This document shows, in pieces, positions 1 to 9,193 of a stretch of 52,130 bases of DNA. The position numbers were made by a program, and so were the translations under genes. Location: NCBI GenBank assembly GCA_000996895.1, contig LCBB01000006.1, positions 1 through 52,130 on the forward strand, written 5' to 3'. The DNA comes from a candidate division WWE3 bacterium GW2011_GWC2_41_23. GTDB taxonomy: Bacteria > Patescibacteriota > WWE3 > UBA101185 > UBA10185. The notes beneath the pieces were generated by a model. It was not told where the DNA came from, searched no databases, and saw only the letters and a program-made list of their open reading frames with translations. Position 1 is the stretch's first letter. Each line of letters opens with the position of its first letter.

Positions 1-73
1 TGGGCCCGCCTGGGATCGAACCAGGGACCTCTCGGATGTGAACCGAGCGCTCTAACCACTGAGCCACGGACCC
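1..73 (-). tRNA. tRNA-Val (anticodon CAC)
   Basis: Reverse complement GGGTCCGTGGCTCAGTGGTTAGAGCGCTCGGTTCACATCCGAGAGGTCCCTGGTTCGATCCCAGGCGGGCCCA folds as a cloverleaf: acceptor GGGTCCG/CGGGCCC, anticodon arm CTCGG-TTCACAT-CCGAG, TTCGA T-loop. Any encoded CCA would lie beyond the window edge. Confidence 0.96.
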
Positions 74-145
74 GTGCGCCCCTATTTTACAGCATTTTTT
101 CCTTACGTCCTAGTTATTTGGAGCCTGCTGATATAAAATTCTAGT

Positions 146-712
146 ATGGCGAAGAAATTCAGAATCCGAAACGCGGCTGCGGATCTCATAGAGCTTTTAC
201 TTATAGGCACAACCGTTTTCCTGCTTGTATATATACTTGTAGGACAGTTTCTTGAAGTGTCCGGAAGTTCTATGCACCCTTACCTTCTGGATAAGGAACA
301 GATTATTGCCGAAAAACTATCCATTAAGTTTGACCCCTTAAAACGCGGAGAAGTAATAATATTTTGGCATCCGAAAACAAAATCCGACCTTTTGGTAAAA
401 CGTGTCGTGGGATTGCCGGGGGAGAGAATCAAAATTGAAAATGGATTTGTCTTTATCGATGGAAAAAAACTTGAAGAACCCTACCTTGCAAGCAACGTTG
501 TAACAAAAGGCACTGATTTTCTTGCCGAAGGTCAGGAACATAAAATCGCCGAAGGTTACTATATTGTGCTGGGCGACAACAGATCTGAAAGCACGGATTC
601 TAGATATTGGGGACCGGTTCAAAAAGATACCGTCATAGGACGGGCTTTAGCCGTTTTTTACCCAATCAACAATATAAGACTACTTAATGAGGGAAAAAGT
701 ATAGCGGAATAA
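146..712 (+). CDS. lepB: Signal peptidase I
   Basis: N-terminal TM helix, SGSSMHP catalytic Ser box, LVKRVVGLPGE Lys box, GDNRSESTDSRYWG motif. Confidence 0.95.
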   Translation: MAKKFRIRNAAADLIELLLIGTTVFLLVYILVGQFLEVSGSSMHPYLLDKEQIIAEKLSIKFDPLKRGEVIIFWHPKTKSDLLVKRVVGLPGERIKIENGFVFIDGKKLEEPYLASNVVTKGTDFLAEGQEHKIAEGYYIVLGDNRSESTDSRYWGPVQKDTVIGRALAVFYPINNIRLLNEGKSIAE

Positions 713-717
713 ACGTA

Positions 718-978
718 TTATTTAGACTCTACGACTTCGATCTTCTTTTTCTTTTTGGTAAGCCACGCGAACTTAACTACCCCGTCTATCTTGCTGAATA
801 TTGAAAAATCTTTTGCCATTCCGGTGTTTTTACCGGGTGCGAACGTTCTTCCGCGCTGTCTTACAATAATTCCTCCGGATTTTATCTGTGAACCGCCGAA
901 TACTTTGACACCGAGCCTCTTGCCCGATACATTTCCGCCCTGTCTAGCTTTTGATCCACCTGCTTTTTTATGTGCCAT
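718..978 (-). CDS. rpmA: 50S ribosomal protein L27
   Basis: MAHKKAGG start, GKRLGVK and GIIVRQRG motifs; directly downstream of rplU. Confidence 0.96.
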   Translation of the reverse strand: MAHKKAGGSKARQGGNVSGKRLGVKVFGGSQIKSGGIIVRQRGRTFAPGKNTGMAKDFSIFSKIDGVVKFAWLTKKKKKIEVVESK

Positions 979-981
979 GTA

Positions 982-1437
982 TTATTTAGTTCCTTTCTTA
1001 ACCGGTTTTTTTATCTTTACAACCTTCTTTGCGGGTTCTTTTTTAGATACTTTCTTTTCTGCCTTGATTGGTTTTGCTTCCACGGCCTTTTTCGGAGCCT
1101 CGTCTATGCTCTTTTCTTCAGTGGCCTTTTTTCCTCCCAACTCGATTTTTTCGATTAAAAGTTCGGAAAGAGTGTCTCTGTAACCTCTTCCTTTTCTATA
1201 TCTGGATTTTGATTTAAATCTACCCACAACGATTTTTTCGCCTCTTACTGCTCCCGTGATTTTAATTTTCACGTGGGCGTCTTTTACTGTAGGGTCGCCT
1301 AAAATGGTGGTTTTCCCGTCAGAGAAAAGGAGCACTTCGGCGTCTACTTTACCGTTTTGATTGTCTACCGTGAGGGTGTCCCCTTCGTGTATTTTATATT
1401 GGGTTGAGCCAATTTTTATTATTGCGTATTTATCCAT
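982..1437 (-). CDS. rplU: 50S ribosomal protein L21 with Lys-rich C-terminal extension
   Basis: YAIIKIGSTQYK start, RGEKIVVGRFKSKSRYRKGRGYR motif. ATG 1437 preferred over 1446 given the promoter position. Confidence 0.93.
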   Translation of the reverse strand: MDKYAIIKIGSTQYKIHEGDTLTVDNQNGKVDAEVLLFSDGKTTILGDPTVKDAHVKIKITGAVRGEKIVVGRFKSKSRYRKGRGYRDTLSELLIEKIELGGKKATEEKSIDEAPKKAVEAKPIKAEKKVSKKEPAKKVVKIKKPVKKGTK

Positions 1438-1450
1438 AGAAAACATTGGA

Positions 1451-1479
1451 ATATTACACTAATTTTGAAGTTTGGGCAA
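1451..1479 (-). promoter_or_regulatory. Sigma70-type promoter of rplU-rpmA
   Basis: TTGCCC-17 nt-TAATAT on the minus strand. Confidence 0.6.
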
Positions 1480-1507
1480 GAATTCCCTTCAAATAGCCCT
1501 ATTAGCT

Positions 1508-2842
1508 CTATAGCGCGGCTGTAGATCCCGCCACTATAAGAACGTCAAATCCCTCTGTATCAGCCAGCGTATCCTCTACGGCAACTTCAGGAAAGGCTTC
1601 CTTAGTATCACCCTGTACGAGGTCCTTGTAGGCCAGTTTGTCCTTTTTAAACCTAAAAAGCGTAGTATCGCGGGTTTCATCGGCTGTATCTATATCAATT
1701 ATCGTATAACCCTTTTCTTCTAAAAGTGTCTTTGTCCTTGCGGCTAAACCATTTATACCTGACCCGTTCAACACTTTTATCTTCAAATCCGATTTTTTCA
1801 GCTCAGGTGCGGGTTGCTCAACAACCTGGTTCTCGTTCTGAGAAGTTTGCTCGCTTAACACGTTGTTCTGATCTCCCGATGCAAGCTGGGAGCTATCTCC
1901 TTTTTTGTTAAAAAAGAGAAAAAATGATAAAACCCCGGCTATAACCAGAATCGAAGCTGCCCCCACATAGACCAGGCTTTTATTACTTTTTACCACCGCA
2001 GGAAGCGGCATTAAATTTAGCAAGTTCATCTGGCAAAATGATATATCGGGCTCAGTGTCCAGCATGTAGTTCACAAGCATATTGATTTTAAATTCATCGG
2101 CAAATTCACTGCTGATTGGGGGAATTCCTATTTCCGAAACTTCAAAACCTTTGACGTCAAAATCCTGATAATTTAGAGTGTAGACTCTTTTCACCGGTGT
2201 TTTTTTCTTGTAAAGAGAAAGTTCTGATACAAAACTTTCCAATTGTTCCGCGGTTATCTTTTTGTCGCTTACGCCACTGTAAAAAATTCCGTTAAGCTCC
2301 GATAGAGCCATTGCGTGGCTTCCATCTATACGGCAGATAAATACCGCAGGGTCGTTAGTTCCCACATATTTCGGCATTAACAAAATCCAGGGAACTACGT
2401 TTTTGAGAGAAATGCCGACACCTGCCACTACTTCCAACAAATCGTCCATATAAGGTTTTCTTACACCCACGAACTGGTATAAGAACGGGGCTATTTTTTG
2501 ATATGAAAAATAAAGGTCTTCAAGAGGGGCTTCCGTAATCTTGGCTTTCATGTCATTCAACAACTGTTCCTGCTTATCACCGTCGCGTTTGTTGACCGTT
2601 ATGAATCTTAGGATTGTATCTTCGGGCTCAGTAACAACAATAAGATTAAGTTTTGACGGTGATATTTTCGTAAGTTCCGCGAGGCCTTTTTTAATTTCTT
2701 CGGCGTAGCGTGAAATGTCGGATATTTTAGTATCGGAAACAATGTCCCCAGCTAATTGCGAAGAATATGTTTTTAAACCTTCTTTACCGATATACGTGAG
2801 CCTGAGAATATTGTTATTAAGTGACAGGTAAACATCTTGCAT
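1508..2842 (-). CDS. Bitopic membrane protein: PilM/GspL-like cytoplasmic region, TM helix, C-terminal LytR_C-type domain
   Basis: C-terminal IKVLNGSGINGLAARTKTLLEEKGY...DVLIVAG matches the LytR_C pattern; one TM (LVYVGAASILVIAGVLSFFLFF). Start moved to ATG 2842, which has TATAGT 7 nt upstream and avoids the ileS overlap. N-terminal fold assignment is tentative. Confidence 0.7.
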   Translation of the reverse strand: MQDVYLSLNNNILRLTYIGKEGLKTYSSQLAGDIVSDTKISDISRYAEEIKKGLAELTKISPSKLNLIVVTEPEDTILRFITVNKRDGDKQEQLLNDMKAKITEAPLEDLYFSYQKIAPFLYQFVGVRKPYMDDLLEVVAGVGISLKNVVPWILLMPKYVGTNDPAVFICRIDGSHAMALSELNGIFYSGVSDKKITAEQLESFVSELSLYKKKTPVKRVYTLNYQDFDVKGFEVSEIGIPPISSEFADEFKINMLVNYMLDTEPDISFCQMNLLNLMPLPAVVKSNKSLVYVGAASILVIAGVLSFFLFFNKKGDSSQLASGDQNNVLSEQTSQNENQVVEQPAPELKKSDLKIKVLNGSGINGLAARTKTLLEEKGYTIIDIDTADETRDTTLFRFKKDKLAYKDLVQGDTKEAFPEVAVEDTLADTEGFDVLIVAGSTAAL

Positions 2843-2861
2843 ATATGTAACTATAACACAA

Positions 2862-5735
2862 TTAGTTAATTTTTCGGACCGCAAAATCAGGTCCTGTTAC
2901 AAGATTTGAAGCCTGAGTTTTCTTAGCTATTTCAGAACCGTAAAGTTCCACGACTTTTAACGTATCCGGATCCGAAGGATGGGTGACTTCGATAAGGTCA
3001 CCCACTTTTAACCCGGCTTCTTTTCGTAGTTCCTGTATTTTTCTGACAAAGTCGCGTAAAAGTCCTTCGTATTTTAATTCGTCCGTAATATTTGTGTCTA
3101 ATCCGACTGTCACACTATTAAAGGACGCCGAAGCGTACTCTGCAGGCACCTCAGTTACGTACTGAATTTCCTTAACGTTGAGTTCGTCCAGTACCAAAGC
3201 GGAAAGCTCGGACGGAAGTTCCTCAACTCCTGAAACTGCAAAAGATGACAGAGGTTGGCGGACCGATATTTTCTTATCGCTTCTTAGATACAATCCGTAC
3301 GACACCAAATCCCTGACCTTTTTCATATCCTCCAGCAAACCTTGATTTGACGCTATAATGTCGTCGTCGAATCCGGGAAATTGTTCGAGATGAACCGACT
3401 CTTGGGTGTCCCCCACTGAAAACGTTTTTAAAACACCGAACATACTTTCGGACATAAAAGGAATTACCGGAGCAACTGCTTTTGAAAAGTTAAGTAGTAC
3501 GGCATATAAAGTGCTTAAAGCTTTTTTGTCGCCTGTTGAAATTCTTTCACGTGACCTACGTACGTACCACCTGGAAAGATCATCAACAAATTCCTCAACA
3601 ACTCTTACTGTGGCCGGAACATGATATTGTTCCATGTTAGTTGCAATTTCTTTTATCACTTCGTTAAGACGCGCGGTAACCCATGTATCCAAAACATGGT
3701 CTGATTTTATGACTTCAGATTCTTTCCAGTTAAACACCGTTGCGTACATCTGAAAATATTTAACTGAATTCCAAAGCGGATTTAATACATTGCGCAATTT
3801 TGTTCTTAACTCGGATTCTTCAAAATTAGCGTTCTCCCCTACCATTAGTGGTGACCCCATCAGATACAGTCTTAGAGCGTCTCCTCCATAATCCTGGAGA
3901 ACCTGACGGGGGTCAGTGTAATTGTTAAACGTTTTGCTCATCTTTCTTCCGTCGGAACCTGCCATTACTCCCGTTGATATTGCATTCGTAAATGAGTTGG
4001 AATTAAACACCGCCGTTGAAAGTATGTGCATCACATTAAACCAGGCTCTAACCTGTGCGATATACTCAACAATATAATCTCCGGGAAAATTGGATTCGAA
4101 CTTTTCTTTATTATCAAAAGGATAGTGTATTTGCGCCCACGGCATAGAACCCGCGTCAACCCACGAATCCAGCACCTCTACCCGGCGTTTGTACTCTTTA
4201 CCATCTTTTTTGATCACAATTCTGTCTATGTAAGGACGGTGCAAGTTTTCGACTTTCTGACCGGATAATTCTTCAATTTCCTTTACGGAAGCCACCACAA
4301 TCCTGTCACCATCCGGCGATTCCCATACAGGCATCGGTGTTGCCCAATATCTATTTCTGGAAATACACCAATCGGGTTGTTGATTAACATTCTGTCCGAA
4401 TCTCCCCTGCTTCAGGTGCTCGGGTATCCAATTTATTTTTTCATTTAACTCGGCCATTTTTGATTTAAGAGAGTTAACATCAATAAACCAGCTTTGTTGA
4501 GCTCTCTGTATCAGTAAAGTGTCGCATCTATCGTGGTAAGGAAATCTGTGTATTACTTTTTCATTTTTAAAAAGAAGTCCCGCTTGAAGCAAATCGTTTA
4601 TTAAAGGTTCGTCTGCTGCTTTATAGAAAACACCTGCGTAGGGATTTTTCTTTTCTGTGCCGGGTACGAATTTTCCCTCGTCGTCTATCGTCAGCATGAG
4701 TGTGAGACCGAAGTGCTTTCCCATTTCTGAATCGATTTCACCGAATCCGGGAGCACTGTGAACTATACCTGCGCCTTCTTCCATACTTACCATCCCGTCG
4801 TAGTGATATATTTCAAACTCGCCCTCTTTCGACGAGTAAAATCTAAACGGGGGTTCGTATTTTAAACCTATTAATTCCGAGCCTTTTATTTTTTTAATTA
4901 CCTTAAACTCGGACCCTGAAAAAACGCTGTCGTTACGCGCTTCCGCAGTAATGTAACGGGTTCCTTCGCTTTCTACAACGTTGTAATCCGCACCTTTATC
5001 CACGACTAAAGCCCGGTTGGACGGAATGGTCCACGGGGTCGTAGTCCATGCTAAAGCAAAGGCGTCTTTATACTCACCGTCCGTAATTATTTTAAATTTA
5101 ACTGTAATGGCCGGATCCTCAACATCTTTATAGGAGTTATCCATTGCGATCTCGAAATTAGAAACGGGAGTTCCGCACCTCGTGCAGTATAAAGAAGTCC
5201 TTATACCTTCGTAAATTAGACCCTTATCGTAAAGCTGTTTAAAAGTCCACATTACCGATTCCATGTAGTTAGAGTCTGTCGTTCTATATGCATTTTTAAA
5301 ATCTACCCAGCGTCCGATTTTGTTCACGTACCATTCCCATTCCGCAGAAACATCCCGGGTGTAGTTGTAACATTCCTCCGCAAATTTTTCTAAGCCGAAA
5401 GCTTCGATATCGCGCCTATTTTTTATCCCCAGCTTTTTTTGTACTTTATTTTCTACCGTTAAACCGTGAGCATCCCATCCCCAAACCCTTTCAACTCTTT
5501 TGCCCTTCATTGTCCAGTATCTTGGAATAATATCTTTAGCTATAGAACCTAAAAGGTGCCCATAATGCGGGAGTCCTGAAATAAAGGGGGGTCCGTCGTA
5601 AAAAACATATAAATCTTCCTTAGGATTTTTTTCTACGGATTTTTCAAAAATCTTGTTTCGAAGCCAAAACTGCAGAACGGTGTCTTCCATTTCGGGAATT
5701 GATGTATTTTTTTGTGAATCTACTTTATTGTCCAT
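2862..5735 (-). CDS. ileS: Isoleucine--tRNA ligase (type 2)
   Basis: YDGPPF, PHYGH (HIGH), GWDAHGL, WTTTPWT, DWCISRNRYW, KMSKT motifs; type-2 C-terminus (EGLLRDFVRKIQELRK). Confidence 0.96.
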   Translation of the reverse strand: MDNKVDSQKNTSIPEMEDTVLQFWLRNKIFEKSVEKNPKEDLYVFYDGPPFISGLPHYGHLLGSIAKDIIPRYWTMKGKRVERVWGWDAHGLTVENKVQKKLGIKNRRDIEAFGLEKFAEECYNYTRDVSAEWEWYVNKIGRWVDFKNAYRTTDSNYMESVMWTFKQLYDKGLIYEGIRTSLYCTRCGTPVSNFEIAMDNSYKDVEDPAITVKFKIITDGEYKDAFALAWTTTPWTIPSNRALVVDKGADYNVVESEGTRYITAEARNDSVFSGSEFKVIKKIKGSELIGLKYEPPFRFYSSKEGEFEIYHYDGMVSMEEGAGIVHSAPGFGEIDSEMGKHFGLTLMLTIDDEGKFVPGTEKKNPYAGVFYKAADEPLINDLLQAGLLFKNEKVIHRFPYHDRCDTLLIQRAQQSWFIDVNSLKSKMAELNEKINWIPEHLKQGRFGQNVNQQPDWCISRNRYWATPMPVWESPDGDRIVVASVKEIEELSGQKVENLHRPYIDRIVIKKDGKEYKRRVEVLDSWVDAGSMPWAQIHYPFDNKEKFESNFPGDYIVEYIAQVRAWFNVMHILSTAVFNSNSFTNAISTGVMAGSDGRKMSKTFNNYTDPRQVLQDYGGDALRLYLMGSPLMVGENANFEESELRTKLRNVLNPLWNSVKYFQMYATVFNWKESEVIKSDHVLDTWVTARLNEVIKEIATNMEQYHVPATVRVVEEFVDDLSRWYVRRSRERISTGDKKALSTLYAVLLNFSKAVAPVIPFMSESMFGVLKTFSVGDTQESVHLEQFPGFDDDIIASNQGLLEDMKKVRDLVSYGLYLRSDKKISVRQPLSSFAVSGVEELPSELSALVLDELNVKEIQYVTEVPAEYASASFNSVTVGLDTNITDELKYEGLLRDFVRKIQELRKEAGLKVGDLIEVTHPSDPDTLKVVELYGSEIAKKTQASNLVTGPDFAVRKIN

Positions 5736-5775
5736 AGAACAAGAGAATTTTATCAAATTTCAGCTACTTCTGTAC

Positions 5776-5916
5776 TCAGATGACTACCACTTCTAAAGCT
5801 TTCTCTTCCGAAAAGAACTTATCGTTCGTATATGCCCTGTAGACTAAAAGCCCGACCAGGGCGGTCATTATAAACACAAGCATTATGAGCAGAAATATAT
5901 AAGTCTTACTTATCAT
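5776..5916 (-). CDS. Small single-pass membrane protein, 46 aa (not in ORF track)
   Basis: MISKTYIFLLIMLVFIMTALVGLLVYRAYTNDKFFSEEKALEVVVI. Its ATG overlaps the TGA of the adenosyltransferase (ATGA coupling) and it fills the gap to ileS. Confidence 0.65.
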   Translation of the reverse strand: MISKTYIFLLIMLVFIMTALVGLLVYRAYTNDKFFSEEKALEVVVI

Positions 5917-6452
5917 TTTAACCTCCAAATTTTATCTTCTATACCAAGTTTCATATTCACATACCGCGCTAAAACAAACAATAGGTCTGACAGGCGGTTT
6001 ACGTAAGGCAAGAGAAATTTGAATGACTGCCTGCCGCTGTAATCAACCAAGCTTCTTTCCAAAGACCTGACTTTTGCCCTCACCAAGTGTATTTGGGAAG
6101 CAGCTTCAGAACCTCCGGGGATAATAAAAGCTTTTAAAGGGGGCAATTTAGCGGAATACTCGTCTATTACATTTTCCAGGTTCCTGACTTTTAGCCCCCA
6201 ATCAGCTTTATCTTTGGGGGATATCTTAAACCCGGCAATATAAGCACCGATTAGGAATATATCATCTTGAATTGACGCCAAAACTTCTCTTTCACGGGAT
6301 TTTTTGAGAGTTACCAGAGCACACCCGAGGGTAGCGTTTACCTCGTCGGCGAGGCCCAGAATCTCAAATACCTGCCTTGATTTAGGCATGCGTTTTTTGG
6401 AACCGAAAAGCGCGGATGTGCCTGCGTCACCTTCTTTTGTGTAAAGCTTCAT
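5913..6452 (-). CDS. ATP:cob(I)alamin adenosyltransferase, PduO type
   Basis: KLYTKEGDAGTS, ADEVNA, FIIPGG, HLVRAKVRSLER, YVNRLSDLLFVLAR motifs. Confidence 0.92.
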   Translation of the reverse strand: MKLYTKEGDAGTSALFGSKKRMPKSRQVFEILGLADEVNATLGCALVTLKKSREREVLASIQDDIFLIGAYIAGFKISPKDKADWGLKVRNLENVIDEYSAKLPPLKAFIIPGGSEAASQIHLVRAKVRSLERSLVDYSGRQSFKFLLPYVNRLSDLLFVLARYVNMKLGIEDKIWRLK

Positions 6453-6467
6453 AAGAAGATAATACCA

Positions 6468-8981
6468 CTAACATCTGCTGTAACCGCACTCGTAGCACTT
6501 CGCGCACCCCTCTTCCAGTACAAGAGTGTAATTCCCGCATTCGGGACACATGTCCGTATTGGTAAATGAGTGGGGGAGTGCCGGTTTTTCTTCCTCGCGG
6601 TTATCCGTTACTTCGGTTGATTCTACGGTCTCTTCGGAAGCTTTTGTTCCGTTTTCCTTTACGGTAAATCCGAATTCTTCGGCCAACACCTTGGCGACAG
6701 CGTCAGGTAAAGAACTTACCCTGTTTTTACCGAAACCTATGGACTTTGAACCGCCTATTCCCGCTAGCTGTACTATGATTTCCCGTACAACTTCCAAGCT
6801 GTACTGAGGCATCCTGAGCCAGCCGGATAGTAGCCTACCCAATCCCTCGGCCAGTGCTGCCACGTCGCTACCCGCCTTACCTACGTTTAGGAATACCTCC
6901 AGCGGCCTGCCCTCAGAATTCTTGTTTATGGTTATAAACGCTTTCCCCTGGGGAGTTATCATCTTGTACGTTGAGCCACTTAATTTGTATCCCCGCCTTA
7001 TAGTTACCTCATCAGATGATCTTTCCTTTTCCGTCAAAAGAATCTCTTTATTAACGGGCTCTGCCGCTTCCTTACCCTCTTTCTGGTCTTTCGTGGACTT
7101 AGTTTCCAATACTACTTCCTGCCTACTGCCCGTAACATAAACAGTAAGACCCTTGCAACCCGTCTCCCAGCCCATCATGTACACCTTGGCAACATCTTCT
7201 TTCGTCGCGCCTTCAGGAAAATTGCAGGTCTTAGAAATGGAGTTGTCTACAAATGCCTGAATTGCTGCCTGAGTCATTATGTGTTCTTCGGGTGTAACTT
7301 CTGCCGAAACAACGAACGTGTTCCGTACGCTTTCCGGCAATTCGAGTATGTTTTTGCACGTTCCTGACTCAATTACTTTGTCGATTATTGTCTTTCTTAC
7401 TTCCTCTGACAGATTTAAGTTGTCGAGAGCTTTCTGGAAAAACGGGCTTACATAAGCCAATGTCATTTTTCCTTCAGTACCCGCCGATTGATAAACATTT
7501 CTATAATAAGCAAGAGCAAAAACCGGCTCGCAGCCATACCCCTCCACACCGGCCACCGTAGAAATAGTACCTGTGGGAGCTATTGTTGCCTGAGCACCGT
7601 TTCTTATCCCGTATGCTTTGATGCCCTCTACAACAGACGACCAGTCAATCCAAGGTCTACCGAAATTTCTTGTAAATTCTTTAATGGGTTTCGGAGGAGT
7701 CCATTTCAGATTCGCAGGATCGTAAATACTTCCCTGAATTTTTCTGAAAGAACCTCTTTCTTTCGCCAACTCTATGGATGTTTTCATTGAATAGTATCTG
7801 ATAAACTCAAAAACCTGAGCTGCAAATTCCTGCCCCTCATCGCTCCCGTATCTTATCCCCAAGGAGTACATAGCATCAGCTAAAGCCATAAAACCCAGTC
7901 CTATTCTTCGCACATCCATTGCAGAATCTTTTATCTCGGGCACTGCGGGTATATATCTGTTTGCCTCCACAACATTGTCCAGGAAACGTGTTGATGATAC
8001 AACGGTTTTTTTCAACTCTTCCCAATCTAGTTTCCCGTAGGAAGTTAAGTGTTCAGCTAAATTTATTGAACCGAGACAACAGTTTTCGTATGGACCCAAC
8101 CACTGCTCTCCGCAGGGATTAGTTGCTTCCAACTCGTACAGATGGGGCACCGGGTTTTCCTTGTTTGCTGTGTCTATAAATAAAACTCCGGGTTCGCCGT
8201 TCTTATGTGCGTAATCTACTATCATATCGAATATTTCGCGCGCTCTGGGAGATTCCGTAATTTTCAGTGAGTGGGGATCAACAAGATCGTACGTTGTGTC
8301 GTTTTTAACAGCCTCCATAAATTTATCGGTAATCGCAACAGACAAGTTAAAATTCGCAACTTTGCCTTCTTCTGACTTACATTCAATAAATTCCCGTATA
8401 TCCGGATGGTCTATACGTAAAACACCCATATTTGCCCCACGTCGTACACCTCCTTGGGCTATCTCACCAAAAGCTGCGTCGTATACTTTTAAAAATCCTA
8501 CGGGCCCTGTGGCAATTCCATTGCTCGCCGCGACTCTAGAACCTTTAGGTCTTAAACGTGAGAAGGAAAATCCATTTCCTCCCCCGCTCTGCTGGATTAA
8601 AGAGGCAACACGGAGTGTAGAAAAAATCCCGTCCTTCTCTTTACCCAAGTCGTCGGAAATAGGTAAAACAAAACAGGCGGCCAACTGGCCCAGGGGGGTA
8701 CCCGCACCTGTAAATGTCGGGGAATTAGGAAAAAACTTTTTGGAAGAAAGTAAATTGTAAAATTCTACACGCGATCTCTCGACATCTGTGTATGGTCTGT
8801 CCGGTGCTGCCATTACATCCGCAATGCGCTCAAACATTCCTTCAGGTGATTCGGATACATTCCCGTTAGAGTCCCTTCGAAGATATCTCTTTTCTAAAAT
8901 TTTTTTAGCGTTCTCGGAAAAATCTATTGACGTGTTTTTCGAAAAAACAGACGCATCCTCACGGTAGAGAAAACTGCTCAT
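6468..8981 (-). CDS. nrdJ: Class II adenosylcobalamin-dependent ribonucleotide reductase with TSCPD-like and Zn-ribbon C-terminus
   Basis: [30 protein letters not shown] radical Cys, [21 protein letters not shown]; C-terminal CPECG...[15 protein letters not shown]; no ATP cone; adjacent adenosyltransferase. Confidence 0.94.
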   Translation of the reverse strand: MSSFLYREDASVFSKNTSIDFSENAKKILEKRYLRRDSNGNVSESPEGMFERIADVMAAPDRPYTDVERSRVEFYNLLSSKKFFPNSPTFTGAGTPLGQLAACFVLPISDDLGKEKDGIFSTLRVASLIQQSGGGNGFSFSRLRPKGSRVAASNGIATGPVGFLKVYDAAFGEIAQGGVRRGANMGVLRIDHPDIREFIECKSEEGKVANFNLSVAITDKFMEAVKNDTTYDLVDPHSLKITESPRAREIFDMIVDYAHKNGEPGVLFIDTANKENPVPHLYELEATNPCGEQWLGPYENCCLGSINLAEHLTSYGKLDWEELKKTVVSSTRFLDNVVEANRYIPAVPEIKDSAMDVRRIGLGFMALADAMYSLGIRYGSDEGQEFAAQVFEFIRYYSMKTSIELAKERGSFRKIQGSIYDPANLKWTPPKPIKEFTRNFGRPWIDWSSVVEGIKAYGIRNGAQATIAPTGTISTVAGVEGYGCEPVFALAYYRNVYQSAGTEGKMTLAYVSPFFQKALDNLNLSEEVRKTIIDKVIESGTCKNILELPESVRNTFVVSAEVTPEEHIMTQAAIQAFVDNSISKTCNFPEGATKEDVAKVYMMGWETGCKGLTVYVTGSRQEVVLETKSTKDQKEGKEAAEPVNKEILLTEKERSSDEVTIRRGYKLSGSTYKMITPQGKAFITINKNSEGRPLEVFLNVGKAGSDVAALAEGLGRLLSGWLRMPQYSLEVVREIIVQLAGIGGSKSIGFGKNRVSSLPDAVAKVLAEEFGFTVKENGTKASEETVESTEVTDNREEEKPALPHSFTNTDMCPECGNYTLVLEEGCAKCYECGYSRC

Positions 8982-8994
8982 AAGTTTATTTTTG

Positions 8995-9050
8995 TCTCAC
9001 GAGCCGGCAATCTCTCACTGCCCATGACCAAAGATTGCCGAAACACGAGA
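8995..9050 (-). promoter_or_regulatory. Candidate structured RNA element in the nrdJ leader
   Basis: TCTCGTG-TTT-CGGCAATCT...AGATTGCCG-GCT-CGTGAGA; the outer stem needs G-U pairs that form only on the minus (sense) strand; ends 13 nt before the ATG. Confidence 0.5.
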
Positions 9051-9193
9051 ATACTATTCAAATAAATACTAGCTAGCTAAATCAAATCAAAAAATTATGC
9101 AAGACACAAGGAAACGCACGTTAGAGTATCTTGATATTTTGTTGATGTGGCGTGGGAACAGTTTTGTGATTTGTTGTAGCTGCAGGACTTCCA

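Noticed and set aside
5736-5912. T-box leader for ileS (also considered for glyQS)
   Set aside because: No T-box antiterminator consensus; the ileS gap holds a small ORF and glyQS appears leaderless.
6468-8981. Intein or intron in nrdJ
   Set aside because: Continuous ORF of normal length with uninterrupted NPCGE and other motifs.
9130-9177. Tandem NrdR boxes (ACAAAATATCAAG, ACAACAAATCACA on minus)
   Set aside because: Poor match to the palindromic NrdR consensus, and no nrdR gene in the window.
8982-9193. Cobalamin riboswitch upstream of nrdJ
   Set aside because: No GGGAA plus GCCACTG/B12-box arrangement on the sense strand; only the hairpin reported separately is supported.
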